A stretch of DNA of 64,000 nt from Bacillota bacterium (GTDB taxonomy: Bacteria; Bacillota; Dethiobacteria; DTU022; UBA8154). Location of the stretch: contig JAUSPO010000047.1 in the NCBI GenBank assembly GCA_030656575.1, forward strand, positions 3,030-67,029, in the 5' to 3' direction. Made by a program: the position numbers and the translations under genes. Shown here in pieces: positions 30,253 through 39,751 of the stretch. The first letter of the stretch is position 1. Each line of letters begins with the position of its first letter. Under the pieces are notes generated by a model. That model ran no database searches, was not told the DNA's origin, and saw only the letters and a list, made by a program, of their open reading frames with translations.

Positions 30253-31650
30253 ATGCCTTCTTCAAAAAAAAAGAACACTACTCTCCATTCTGAAGTTATA
30301 AATGCCAGGGAGGCAGCTGTCGGTGTTTTGCAGGAAGTGGAAGAAAAGGAAGCATATATAAATCTAATTTTGAATAGAACGATCTCAAAGCTCTCTCTTT
30401 CCAATACGGAGCGGTCTCTTTTAACGGAGCTTTCTTACGGCGTTATCTCACGTTTGAATACACTGGATTGGATATTATCTCTCTCTTTAAACCGTCCTCT
30501 TGAGAAAATGACAATACCTATTAGAAATATTTTAAGGATGGGAACCTATCAACTGATCTTTCTTGATCGTATTCCTGATTCTGCGGCTGTTGATGAATCG
30601 GTCAAACTGGCTTACCGTTTTGGACACAAAGGGGTTGCGGGCCTCGTTAATGCGGTATTAAGGAAGGTAATTGAGATAAAAGAAGATCTGCCGTGGCCCT
30701 TGAAGTCCGAGAGCCCTGATCTTTTTCTTTCATTACGTTATTCCTATCCCTTATGGATGGTTCAGAGGTGGATAGACAATTTCGGATTTGAGGAAGCTGA
30801 GGCATTTTGTTCTGCTGGTAATTTAGCGCCACCTTTAACGGTCAGGGCCAATACTCTGAGGATTTCAAGAAGTGAGCTGAAAAGAGTGCTGGCGTCAGAA
30901 GGTGTGGAGGCAGAGGATTGCGCTTATGCCCCCGAGGGGCTAAAGTTGAAGCTTTCCAATAAGCTTATTGAACTTGAAAGTTTTAGAGAAGGCCTTTTCC
31001 AGGTTCAGGGAGAGTCTTCCATGCTGGCGGCACCTTTATTAAATCCACAGCCGGGAGAAACTGTTCTTGATCTCTGCAGTGCTCCCGGTGGTAAGACTGT
31101 ACATTTGGGAATCTTAATGCAAAACCAGGGTGAAATTGCTGCCTGCGACCTGTACCCACACCGCCTCAGGCTTGTCCAGGATGCAGCCCGTCGCCAGGGA
31201 ATTCAGATAATTAATATAGAAAAAATAGATGGCCGTTCTATCCCTTCCCATAAAGATGGCACATTCCAACGTGTGCTTATTGATGTTCCATGTTCCGGAC
31301 TTGGAGTAATTCGGCGAAAAGGGGATCTTAAATGGAGAAGGCAGCCGCAAGATATCAAATCCCTATCACATCTCCAGATGGAACTGCTGCAGGGAGCTTT
31401 TAGGGCTCTTTCTCCAGGAGGGGTTTTGTTATACAGTGCATGCACAGTTGAACCGGAAGAAACTACTGATGTTATTGAAAAATTTTTGGAATCAGAACCA
31501 TCAGCACGGCCGGCCATGCTTTCCCCTCTTCTGCCTGAAGAACTAAAGCCTGAGGAGAAAAAAGAAGGTATGCTCTTTCTCTGGCCGCACAAGCAGAACC
31601 TTGACGGTTTTTTCCTGGCTAAAATCAGGAAAAAACCATCAGTGAATTAG
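30253..31650 (+). CDS. rsmB: 16S rRNA (cytosine967-C5)-methyltransferase RsmB/Sun
   Basis: N-terminal NusB-like domain and a C-terminal SAM methyltransferase domain (DLCSAPGGKT, catalytic Cys motifs). Confidence 0.9.
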   Translation: MPSSKKKNTTLHSEVINAREAAVGVLQEVEEKEAYINLILNRTISKLSLSNTERSLLTELSYGVISRLNTLDWILSLSLNRPLEKMTIPIRNILRMGTYQLIFLDRIPDSAAVDESVKLAYRFGHKGVAGLVNAVLRKVIEIKEDLPWPLKSESPDLFLSLRYSYPLWMVQRWIDNFGFEEAEAFCSAGNLAPPLTVRANTLRISRSELKRVLASEGVEAEDCAYAPEGLKLKLSNKLIELESFREGLFQVQGESSMLAAPLLNPQPGETVLDLCSAPGGKTVHLGILMQNQGEIAACDLYPHRLRLVQDAARRQGIQIINIEKIDGRSIPSHKDGTFQRVLIDVPCSGLGVIRRKGDLKWRRQPQDIKSLSHLQMELLQGAFRALSPGGVLLYSACTVEPEETTDVIEKFLESEPSARPAMLSPLLPEELKPEEKKEGMLFLWPHKQNLDGFFLAKIRKKPSVN

Positions 31651-31722
31651 TTAGTATAAGCTGAACATCGATGGGAATCCCACACACCTTAGCTTGATGT
31701 TACAAGGGTTTCATTGCTTTTT

Positions 31723-31755
31723 TCACCTGTTTTTGTTATACTAACAAAAACAGGT
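31723..31755. promoter_or_regulatory. 33-nt perfect palindrome immediately upstream of the prpC-prkC start
   Basis: CACCTGTTTTTGTTA-TAC-TAACAAAAACAGGTG, with perfect 15-bp arms. It ends about 20 nt before the prpC ATG (31778). Confidence 0.5.
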
Positions 31756-31777
31756 GGGAGATGCGAGGAGGAAGAAG

Positions 31778-32518
31778 ATGTTAAGGTTTGCTGCCCGTAC
31801 TCACCCAGGATTTATTCGTGAAAAAAACGAAGACCGTTTTTATGTTCCCACTGAAATCGGGCCATACATATTTGCTGTGGCAGACGGCATGGGTGGACAT
31901 GCCGCTGGAGAGGTAGCCAGTTCATTATCTGTAAAAACACTGGATACTAATATTTCTATGGTATCTGAAAAATTAAATCATTTTGATTTGACATATATGC
32001 AGAATTTTTTAGAGGATTGTATTCTTGAAGCTAATAAAAAAATTTTGGATGTTCAGGATGAACAACCAAACCTGAAGGGCATGGGCACTACTTTTACTGT
32101 GGCCTTTTTTTTAAATAACGAGCTGCTTGTAGGGCATATAGGTGACAGTCAGGCTTATATTTTTTATGAATCAGGATTTTCTCAAATCACAGAAGACCAT
32201 TCTCTGGTAACTGAATTGGTAAAAAGTGGGGAAATTAAACCGGAAGAGGTATATAATCATCCTCAGCGTCATCTACTCACCAGGGCATTAGGAACAGCCC
32301 CCCTATTAAAAACCGATTTTTACGTTAAACCGATACAATCGGGGAACTATGTACTGCTCTGCACTGATGGATTAACAACGATGCTCAGGCCTGCAGAAAT
32401 CCGGGAAATTATCATAAATGGCGCAGATCTGGAAACAACAGCCGATCAGCTACTGAAGAAAGCTAATGACCTTGGTGGTCCGGATAATATCACCTTCGTG
32501 TTAATTCATATTATTTGA
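31778..32518 (+). CDS. prpC: PP2C-family Ser/Thr protein phosphatase
   Basis: REKNEDRF and AVADGMGGH motifs. ATG at 31778 follows a GAGGAGGAAG Shine-Dalgarno sequence. The ORF track begins at GTG 31754. Confidence 0.85.
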   Translation: MLRFAARTHPGFIREKNEDRFYVPTEIGPYIFAVADGMGGHAAGEVASSLSVKTLDTNISMVSEKLNHFDLTYMQNFLEDCILEANKKILDVQDEQPNLKGMGTTFTVAFFLNNELLVGHIGDSQAYIFYESGFSQITEDHSLVTELVKSGEIKPEEVYNHPQRHLLTRALGTAPLLKTDFYVKPIQSGNYVLLCTDGLTTMLRPAEIREIIINGADLETTADQLLKKANDLGGPDNITFVLIHII

Positions 32519-32543
32519 AGTTAAAAAGGGTGAAGATATTATT

Positions 32544-34418
32544 ATGGAAAAGTGTGGAAAGACTTTAGGGAATCGTTATGAAATTATGGAAAAAATCGGC
32601 GAAGGCGGAATGGCCAGAGTTTACCGTGCAATAGATACAAAGTTAAACCGCCCTGTCGCTGTTAAAATACTTTATGAACAATTTGCCGGCGATCCTGATT
32701 TTTTGAGGCGTTTTAAGCAGGAGGCAAAGGCAGCGGCAAAACTGTCTCACCCTTCCATCGTGAACGTATATGATGAAGGTGAAGAAGAAAATATCCATTA
32801 TATTATTATGGAATATGTGGACGGGTATACTTTAAAAGATATCATTATTCGGGATGGTCCGCTGAAACCGGAAGAGGCGGTTCAGATAGTTTTACAAATA
32901 TGTGATGCTCTTGCTCATGCTCATAGTCAAAAAGTAATTCACCGTGATATAAAACCACAGAATATTATTATTAATTTTGAGGGTAGAGTTAAAGTAACTG
33001 ATTTTGGAATCGCCAGTGCAACTGTCGATGCAACAATCACATATGGTAAATCAATGATGGGTTCCGTCTACTATTCCTCGCCGGAACAGGCCAGAGGAAA
33101 TGCTGCTGATCAGAAATCCGATTTATATTCTCTTGGTGTTGTCCTTTATGAAATGATAACGGGTGAAGTTCCCTTTTCGGGAGAAAGCCCTGTATCCATT
33201 GCTTTGAAGCATATGCAGGAGGAAGCCGTTCCACCTGGGAAACTGGTTCCGGGGCTCTCTCACGCGTTAGACCTGATTGTGATAAGGGTTATGCGTAAAG
33301 ATCCAACCTTGCGATACGGTAGCGCAATAGAGTTTCGGGATGATTTAGAAGGATGGCTTAAAACCCGGGAAAACGGAAATTATCTTAGTAATTCCCTTTT
33401 AAAGAGGCTGCAGTCATATGAGTATCAAAGGGAAGATAATGACTATATCAGCGAGGTGCAGGGGAGAAAGATGAAAAAGAAGGGCTTTTCTTTGAAAAGG
33501 TTTTTGATTTTTGGTGCAGTCATGGCAGTTGTGTTACTGACTCTTGTAATTGGCTACAGATATATCAGCAACTTCCTGATAGTGCCGGAGGTCACTGTCC
33601 CTGATCTAGTTGGCTTAAGTATGGAAGAGGTGGAGAGGGAGCTAACTACTCTCGGTTTGGGTTATAAGGTAGTAAGAAGTGTTAATAGTGATACTATCCC
33701 GGCTGATTCTGTTGTCTCTCATGATCCTCCTCTGGAAAGGACCGTCAGGAAGGAAAGAGTTATTGAAATTGTGCTAAGCCTTGGCCCAAATTTAGCAGAA
33801 GTGCCTTATCTGATCGGTAGAACAGAACTGGAGGCACGCCTTATGTTGGATGATATCGGTTTAGATATAATTGTTTCCCCTGAATATAATGATGATGTAG
33901 CGCCCGGTTATGTTATCAGACAAGATCCTGGGAATGATTTTCGTTTAACAAGGGGAGAATCTGTTACTGTTTTTGTCAGCGAAGGTAAAAGACCCTTTTC
34001 TCTTCGTAATTTTAATGGATGGATACTTGAAGATGTAAAAGAATGGCTTAATCTTTATGGTCTTGTGATTCGAAATCTGGACGATGATTATTCCGAGGAA
34101 TTTGCTGAAGGGCAAATTATCTCACAGTATCCTGCTTCCGGTGACATGGTCCAGGCGGGTGATCCAGTCGATCTTATTGTCAGTAAAGGCAGGGAGCCGG
34201 GTACGTTTAAAACATATCCTATCGATGTATATCCCCAGGTACCTGTCGGCCAGGTTATTAAATTATATGTGGAAGATGAAGAAGGGACCAGAGTTGTGTT
34301 CGAAGGCGCATATCAGGGTAGCATAATCAGCACCTCGGGAGTTGGCTCTGGCAGGGTTGTGCTCATGGAACTGAGAAATACGGAATATCACATTATAGAT
34401 ACGAAGAGATTTCCATAA
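32544..34418 (+). CDS. prkC: Ser/Thr protein kinase PrkC with three PASTA domains
   Basis: Hanks kinase motifs (GEGGMARVY, HRDIKPQN, DFGIA), a single TM segment, and three extracellular PASTA repeats. Confidence 0.9.
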   Translation: MEKCGKTLGNRYEIMEKIGEGGMARVYRAIDTKLNRPVAVKILYEQFAGDPDFLRRFKQEAKAAAKLSHPSIVNVYDEGEEENIHYIIMEYVDGYTLKDIIIRDGPLKPEEAVQIVLQICDALAHAHSQKVIHRDIKPQNIIINFEGRVKVTDFGIASATVDATITYGKSMMGSVYYSSPEQARGNAADQKSDLYSLGVVLYEMITGEVPFSGESPVSIALKHMQEEAVPPGKLVPGLSHALDLIVIRVMRKDPTLRYGSAIEFRDDLEGWLKTRENGNYLSNSLLKRLQSYEYQREDNDYISEVQGRKMKKKGFSLKRFLIFGAVMAVVLLTLVIGYRYISNFLIVPEVTVPDLVGLSMEEVERELTTLGLGYKVVRSVNSDTIPADSVVSHDPPLERTVRKERVIEIVLSLGPNLAEVPYLIGRTELEARLMLDDIGLDIIVSPEYNDDVAPGYVIRQDPGNDFRLTRGESVTVFVSEGKRPFSLRNFNGWILEDVKEWLNLYGLVIRNLDDDYSEEFAEGQIISQYPASGDMVQAGDPVDLIVSKGREPGTFKTYPIDVYPQVPVGQVIKLYVEDEEGTRVVFEGAYQGSIISTSGVGSGRVVLMELRNTEYHIIDTKRFP

Positions 34419-34478
34419 AATAAGGATAGTAACCGGTCTCATGCCCGGACAAAAAGAGGAATAAAAAGAGGGGGAGTA

Positions 34479-35366
34479 TTGCTGCAAGGACGCTTAGTAA
34501 AGGCAAAGGGTGGTTTTTACTTTGTCCGGAGTCCCTTAGGTGAGGTAATTACCTGTCGGGCAAGGGGAAAATTCAAAGATATTGATGTTTCTCTGATGGT
34601 AGGTGATATTGTTGAGGCAGATCCTATTAAAAGAGTTATTGAAAAGGTCTATTCCAGGAAAAATTTTCTTTTAAGGCCTTCTGTGGCTAATGTTGACCAG
34701 GCTGTAATCTTTATGGCTGCGGCAAAACCCGATATGGACCTTGTTCTCTTAGACAGGATTTTGATTTCTGCTGAGGCTGCCATGCTTCATATTGTCATAT
34801 GTTTTAACAAAATTGATTTATTCGAAACGATGAATAAAGATAAAAAAGTAAAAATAGAAGAAGTAAAAAAAACACTCGAAGGTTGCGGTTACAGTGTCAT
34901 TTTTACAAGTGCAGTTACAGGAGAGGGCTTGGATGAATTTTATATTAAGTTGAAGGACAAGGTGAGTGTTTTTACAGGGCCTTCAGGAGTTGGGAAATCT
35001 ACCTTTATTAATAAACTTAAACCCGGCCTTGAGCTAGCATCCGCACCTGTGAGCATAAAGACTGAAAGAGGAAAACATACAACACGTCATGTGGAATTGA
35101 TAAAATTTGACGGAGATACCTTTTTAGTCGATACTCCGGGCTTTCAAAGGTTGGATTTGAAGGGTTTTTCTTCTCAGGAGCTTTCTTCTTTTTTTCCGGA
35201 AATATTGACTTATCGGGATTCCTGCCGTTTTAAAAGTTGTCTTCATAGTGCCGAGCCCCAGTGTGCTGTGAAAGAAGCTGTTCAAAAAGGGGAAATGGCG
35301 TTGTGGAGATATAATCATTACCTTACTTTTCTAAAAGAGGTTCAACAAATGGAGAAGATCTATTAA
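34479..35366 (+). CDS. rsgA: ribosome small-subunit biogenesis GTPase RsgA (CpgA)
   Basis: OB fold, circularly permuted GTPase (GPSGVGKST) and a C-terminal zinc finger (CRFKSCLHSAEPQC). Confidence 0.9.
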   Translation: MLQGRLVKAKGGFYFVRSPLGEVITCRARGKFKDIDVSLMVGDIVEADPIKRVIEKVYSRKNFLLRPSVANVDQAVIFMAAAKPDMDLVLLDRILISAEAAMLHIVICFNKIDLFETMNKDKKVKIEEVKKTLEGCGYSVIFTSAVTGEGLDEFYIKLKDKVSVFTGPSGVGKSTFINKLKPGLELASAPVSIKTERGKHTTRHVELIKFDGDTFLVDTPGFQRLDLKGFSSQELSSFFPEILTYRDSCRFKSCLHSAEPQCAVKEAVQKGEMALWRYNHYLTFLKEVQQMEKIY

Positions 35367-35383
35367 AGGGGGAATGGTAATAG

Positions 35384-36052
35384 ATGGTTAGGGTCGCACC
35401 CTCTATACTCTCAGCAGATTTTGGATGCCTTCTGGATGAAGTAAAACGTATGGAAGATGCCGGAGCGGACTGGCTTCATATAGATGTTATGGATGGTCAT
35501 TTTGTGCCAAATATTACGATGGGTCCTCTCGTAGTTAAGGCTCTGAGTGGACGGGTAAGTCTTTTTCTGGATGTTCATCTCATGGTTGAAAATCCCGGAG
35601 ATTTTTTAGGTGATTTTTACGAGGCAGGAGCTCAGATGCTTACTGTTCACGCTGAAGCATGCACTCACCTCCATAGAGTAGTCCAAAGTATAAAAGAGAT
35701 GGGCTGTAAGGTAGGTGTGGCTTTAAATCCTTCTACACCTCTGAATTGCCTTGAATATGTTCTGGATGAACTGGATCTTGTTTTAATTATGTCTGTTAAT
35801 CCCGGCTTTGGAGGGCAGGAATTCATTTATTCGGTTCTGCCAAAGATTAAAGCCCTTGCAGAGGAAAAAAGGAGAAGGGGTCTTTCTCTGGATATACAGG
35901 TTGATGGCGGTATTAATGAGCATACCTATGTTCATGTTCTGAAAGCAGGCGCAGAAGTTCTTGTGGCAGGTTCTGCTCTTTTTAAGGCCCCTGAACCATC
36001 TAAACTGATAACCGCTTTTAAACTGCTTCCTGTAAAGGAAAAGGATGTTTAA
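35384..36052 (+). CDS. rpe: ribulose-phosphate 3-epimerase
   Basis: APSILSADF, HIDVMDGHFVPN and MSVNPGFGGQ motifs. Confidence 0.9.
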   Translation: MVRVAPSILSADFGCLLDEVKRMEDAGADWLHIDVMDGHFVPNITMGPLVVKALSGRVSLFLDVHLMVENPGDFLGDFYEAGAQMLTVHAEACTHLHRVVQSIKEMGCKVGVALNPSTPLNCLEYVLDELDLVLIMSVNPGFGGQEFIYSVLPKIKALAEEKRRRGLSLDIQVDGGINEHTYVHVLKAGAEVLVAGSALFKAPEPSKLITAFKLLPVKEKDV

Positions 36053-36113
36053 GAAAAAAAATCTTTGTGATATAATTGAATCAAATTAGTTTTAAGAGGT
36101 GAGGAAAAGCCAG

Positions 36114-37277
36114 ATGGAATCAGACGAACGTTATATGTGGATGGCTCTTGACCTTGCCCGTCAGGGTTTCGGGAAAACTAACCCCAACCCAATGGTGGGA
36201 GCGGTTCTGGTTAAAAGCGGGGAGGTTGTTGGTACGGGCTTCCACAAAAAGGCAGGAGATTTGCATGCCGAAATCGTTGCGCTGAGGGAGGCAGGGGAAA
36301 AGGCCCGGGGGGCTGTATTATATACGAACCTCGAACCCTGCTCTCATCATGGTCGAACACCGCCGTGTGTGAATGCTATCATCCAGGCTGGGGTTCGAAA
36401 AGTAGTTGTAGCAGCTGTTGATCCCAACCCGTTGGTTTCCGGTAGTGGCATTCGTAAGCTTCAGGATGCAGGTATTAAAGTAAAAACAGGCGTTCTTGAA
36501 GATAAAGCCAAGCGCCTGAATGAGGTATTCTTTAAATATATAACATCAAAGATGCCTTTCGTCGTCGTTAAGACAGCGATGACACTTGATGGGAAGATAG
36601 CTACAAGAACGGGGAAATCACGCTGGATAAGCGGTGAAAAATCCCGTAAATTTGTTCACAGGCTGCGATCCATATCTGATGGAATCATGGTGGGGATTAA
36701 TACTGTCCTGCAGGATGATCCTCAGCTTACAGCCCGTTTAGAGGGCGAAAGTGATCATAACCCTGTACGCATTATCGTTGATAGTAAGGGCAGACTTCCT
36801 TTAGAATCCAGGATAGTGAAAACCGCCCCGGAGACGAAAACCATTCTGGCTGTTACAAATCTTGCGCCAACAGAAAAATTGGTTGCTTTACAATCTTGTG
36901 GAGTGGAGATTCTAGCTTTGCCCGCTAAAGAGGAGCAGGTTGATTTATGTAGGCTGATGTGGGCACTTGGAGAAAAAGAGATTAGTATACTCCTTGTAGA
37001 AGGAGGAGGAACCTTAAATTTTTCACTCCTAAAAGAACATCTCATCGATAAGATTTATTTCTTTATGGCTCCTTTTCTTTTTGGAGGAGGGAGTGCTCCC
37101 ACTCCAATGGAGGGGCATGGTATTGATGATATTAATGAGTCCTGGCTTGTTGAGGACATGGAAATGAAACAACTGGATAATGATATTTTAATTATTGGTT
37201 ACCCTGTGAGGAGGGAAGAAAGTGTTCACAGGGATAGTGGAAGAATTAGGGGAAATATTAGGTCGGCAGCACTATAA
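36114..37277 (+). CDS. ribD: bifunctional diaminohydroxyphosphoribosylaminopyrimidine deaminase / 5-amino-6-(5-phosphoribosylamino)uracil reductase
   Basis: CMP/dCMP deaminase Zn motif (HAEIVAL...PCSHHGRTPPC) and a C-terminal reductase domain. Its 3' end overlaps ribE by 56 nt. Confidence 0.9.
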   Translation: MESDERYMWMALDLARQGFGKTNPNPMVGAVLVKSGEVVGTGFHKKAGDLHAEIVALREAGEKARGAVLYTNLEPCSHHGRTPPCVNAIIQAGVRKVVVAAVDPNPLVSGSGIRKLQDAGIKVKTGVLEDKAKRLNEVFFKYITSKMPFVVVKTAMTLDGKIATRTGKSRWISGEKSRKFVHRLRSISDGIMVGINTVLQDDPQLTARLEGESDHNPVRIIVDSKGRLPLESRIVKTAPETKTILAVTNLAPTEKLVALQSCGVEILALPAKEEQVDLCRLMWALGEKEISILLVEGGGTLNFSLLKEHLIDKIYFFMAPFLFGGGSAPTPMEGHGIDDINESWLVEDMEMKQLDNDILIIGYPVRREESVHRDSGRIRGNIRSAAL

Positions 37278-37887
37278 GGACAGCATTGCCTTATTAATCA
37301 GGGGAATAAAAGTTATGGAGGATATTAAAGAAGGGGATAGTATTGCCGTTAATGGAGTCTGTCTGACGGTAGCAAAAATTTCCCCTGTTGCTTTCTATGC
37401 CGATGTAATGCCTGAAACTCTGCGCAAAACAAATTTGCATGAACTTAAGGCAGGGGAGAAGGTAAATTTAGAGAGGGCATTAACTATGGGAGGTCGTCTC
37501 GGCGGACACTTTGTAAGCGGCCACATAGACGGGACAGGAATTATTATTTCCGAAAAAAGGGAAGGTAACGCCCAGATCAAGATTATTAGTGCAGGGAACC
37601 AGGTTACACGTTATGTGTTGGAGAAAGGGTCCATTGCAATAGATGGTGTAAGCCTAACAGTAGTAAACGTAGATAAGGATAATTTCAGTGTTTCCCTTAT
37701 ACCCCATACAGCAAAATTAACTACCTTGGGGTATAAAAAACCCGGGGACAGGGTTAACCTTGAAGCTGATATGCTTGGAAAATATGTTGAAAAATTGTTA
37801 TTACAAAGGGATTCTTCCTCAACAGACGATTATCCGGAAAAAGATGGTATCACATCTAACCTTTTGAAAAAGCAGGGGTTTCTTTAG
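37222..37887 (+). CDS. ribE: riboflavin synthase alpha subunit
   Basis: MFTGIVEELG N-terminus with a duplicated lumazine-binding repeat. GTG start 7 nt after a GAGGAGGG Shine-Dalgarno sequence. Confidence 0.9.
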   Translation: MFTGIVEELGEILGRQHYKDSIALLIRGIKVMEDIKEGDSIAVNGVCLTVAKISPVAFYADVMPETLRKTNLHELKAGEKVNLERALTMGGRLGGHFVSGHIDGTGIIISEKREGNAQIKIISAGNQVTRYVLEKGSIAIDGVSLTVVNVDKDNFSVSLIPHTAKLTTLGYKKPGDRVNLEADMLGKYVEKLLLQRDSSSTDDYPEKDGITSNLLKKQGFL

Positions 37888-37929
37888 GCTAAAGTCGATT
37901 ATTTATAGCAGGTAGAAGGGGTGAAATAA

Positions 37930-39150
37930 TTGCACCGTTTTAATACAATTGAAGAGGCTGTTGAAGATTTTAAAAAAGGTAAAATGCTCGTTGTAGTAGA
38001 TGACGAAGACAGGGAAAATGAGGGAGACCTTGTCATGGCGGCGGAGATGGTCACACCGGAAGCAATTAATTTTATGGTCCGCTACGGTCGCGGCCTTGTT
38101 TGTGTTCCCCTATCGGCACAGCGTATTGACGAACTGGATTTGCCGCCTATGGTCTCTCACAGCACTGACAGCCGTGATACTGCTTTTACAATATCCGTCG
38201 ATGCCAAAGGTTCTACTACGGGTATATCAGCCTTTGAAAGGGCAATGACAGTAAAACAGCTGATTGACCCCAAAGCAGATTCCTCTGATTTCACGCGTCC
38301 GGGGCATATATTCCCTCTGAAGGCCAAAGAGGGTGGAGTCTTACGCAGGGCGGGTCATACGGAGGCAGTTGTCGATCTCGCTGAACTGGCTGGCCTTAAT
38401 CCGGCAGGGGTTATCTGTGAAATATTAAACGAAGATGGAACCATGGCGCGAGTGCCCCAGCTAATTGAATTTGCCAGGGAGCATGGGATAATGATCATCA
38501 CTATCGCCGACCTTATCCAGTATCGTATGAAGAAACAAAAGCTTGTATGGAGAGCTGCAGAGACTTTACTGCCTACAGCTTATGGGGATTTTAAGCTTAT
38601 TGTATATGATAACTCCGTTGATGATAAAGTTCATATGGCCATGGTCAAGGGGGAGATTGATAAAGATAAGCCCGTTTTGGTAAGGGTACATTCAGAATGT
38701 TTTACAGGTGATGTCTTAAATTCCTTGCGATGTGATTGCGGAATCCAGCTTTCCCAGGCTCTGAAGCAGATAAGTGAAGAAGGTATGGGTGCACTGGTTT
38801 ACATGCGCCAGGAAGGACGCGGGATTGGCCTGATAAATAAAATAAAAGCGTATCACCTGCAGGATTGTGGTAAAGATACTGTGGAAGCTAATGAGGAACT
38901 GGGTTTTGCTGCTGATCTTCGCGATTATGGCTTGGGTGCGCAGATATTGGTTGATTTGGGTGTAGGTAAGATGCGCCTTCTCACGAATAACCCCAGGAAA
39001 ATTAAGGGCCTGGAAGGTTATGGATTGACTGTTACGGAGCGTGTTCCCATAGAAGTTGTTCCAGGTGTTCATAACAAATATTATTTACAGACAAAAAAAG
39101 AAAAGCTGGGACATTTTTTAACCAATGAAAGTTGCATAAAACAGAGTTAA
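37930..39150 (+). CDS. ribBA: bifunctional 3,4-dihydroxy-2-butanone-4-phosphate synthase / GTP cyclohydrolase II
   Basis: DHBP synthase N-terminal half and a GTP cyclohydrolase II C-terminal half (CFTGD..CDCG zinc site). Confidence 0.9.
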   Translation: MHRFNTIEEAVEDFKKGKMLVVVDDEDRENEGDLVMAAEMVTPEAINFMVRYGRGLVCVPLSAQRIDELDLPPMVSHSTDSRDTAFTISVDAKGSTTGISAFERAMTVKQLIDPKADSSDFTRPGHIFPLKAKEGGVLRRAGHTEAVVDLAELAGLNPAGVICEILNEDGTMARVPQLIEFAREHGIMIITIADLIQYRMKKQKLVWRAAETLLPTAYGDFKLIVYDNSVDDKVHMAMVKGEIDKDKPVLVRVHSECFTGDVLNSLRCDCGIQLSQALKQISEEGMGALVYMRQEGRGIGLINKIKAYHLQDCGKDTVEANEELGFAADLRDYGLGAQILVDLGVGKMRLLTNNPRKIKGLEGYGLTVTERVPIEVVPGVHNKYYLQTKKEKLGHFLTNESCIKQS

Positions 39151-39164
39151 AGGCGGTGCAGTTA

Positions 39165-39632
39165 ATGGTAAAGCAATTTGAAGGGCATCTTAACGCCGAA
39201 GGATTTCGTTTTGGTCTGGTTGTAAGCCGTTTTAATGAATTTATTTCCGGCAAACTTCTTTCCGGCGCCCTAGATGCTCTAAAAAGGCATGAGGCCCGGG
39301 AAGAAGATATGGAAATATTTTGGGTTCCTGGTGCTTTTGAAATTCCTCTTCTAGCTAAAAAAATGGCAAAGAGCAGCCGTTATGATGCAATTGTGTGCCT
39401 CGGTGCAGTAATCAGGGGTAACACTCCCCATTTTGATTTTGTTGCTTCCGAAGTGGCTAAGGGAATAGCCATGGTTGGACTGGAAAGTGAAATACCTGTG
39501 ATGTTTGGGATCATTACCAGCGATACACTTGAACAGGCTATCGAAAGAGCTGGCGCAAAAGCAGGAAACAAGGGATGGGACGCTGCCCTGGGGGCGATTG
39601 AAATGGTTAACCTCATGAAAGGGTTTGCCTGA
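39165..39632 (+). CDS. ribH: 6,7-dimethyl-8-ribityllumazine synthase
   Basis: [14 protein letters not shown] signature. An ATG at 39165 follows an AGGCGG Shine-Dalgarno sequence. The ORF track begins at 39132. Confidence 0.9.
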   Translation: MVKQFEGHLNAEGFRFGLVVSRFNEFISGKLLSGALDALKRHEAREEDMEIFWVPGAFEIPLLAKKMAKSSRYDAIVCLGAVIRGNTPHFDFVASEVAKGIAMVGLESEIPVMFGIITSDTLEQAIERAGAKAGNKGWDAALGAIEMVNLMKGFA

Positions 39633-39651
39633 GAATCGGACAAGTTTTGAA

Positions 39652-39679
39652 GGAGCAGGTTTAAACCTGCTCCTTTTTG
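39652..39679 (+). terminator. intrinsic terminator of the rib operon
   Basis: GGAGCAGGT-TTAA-ACCTGCTCC hairpin followed by TTTTT. Confidence 0.8.
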
Positions 39680-39751
39680 ATAATAGGCCCGGTAAATGGT
39701 ATAATAAGGAAGCTCGAGAAGATATTTTATCAATTGGGGGGTACAAAAAAA

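Noticed and set aside
36053-36113. Looked for an FMN riboswitch upstream of ribD, and for tRNA, rRNA or CRISPR arrays anywhere
   Set aside because: The gap is far too short for an FMN riboswitch. I could see no RFN motifs, no tRNA T-arm or anticodon-stem patterns, and no regularly spaced direct repeats; this is a by-eye check only.
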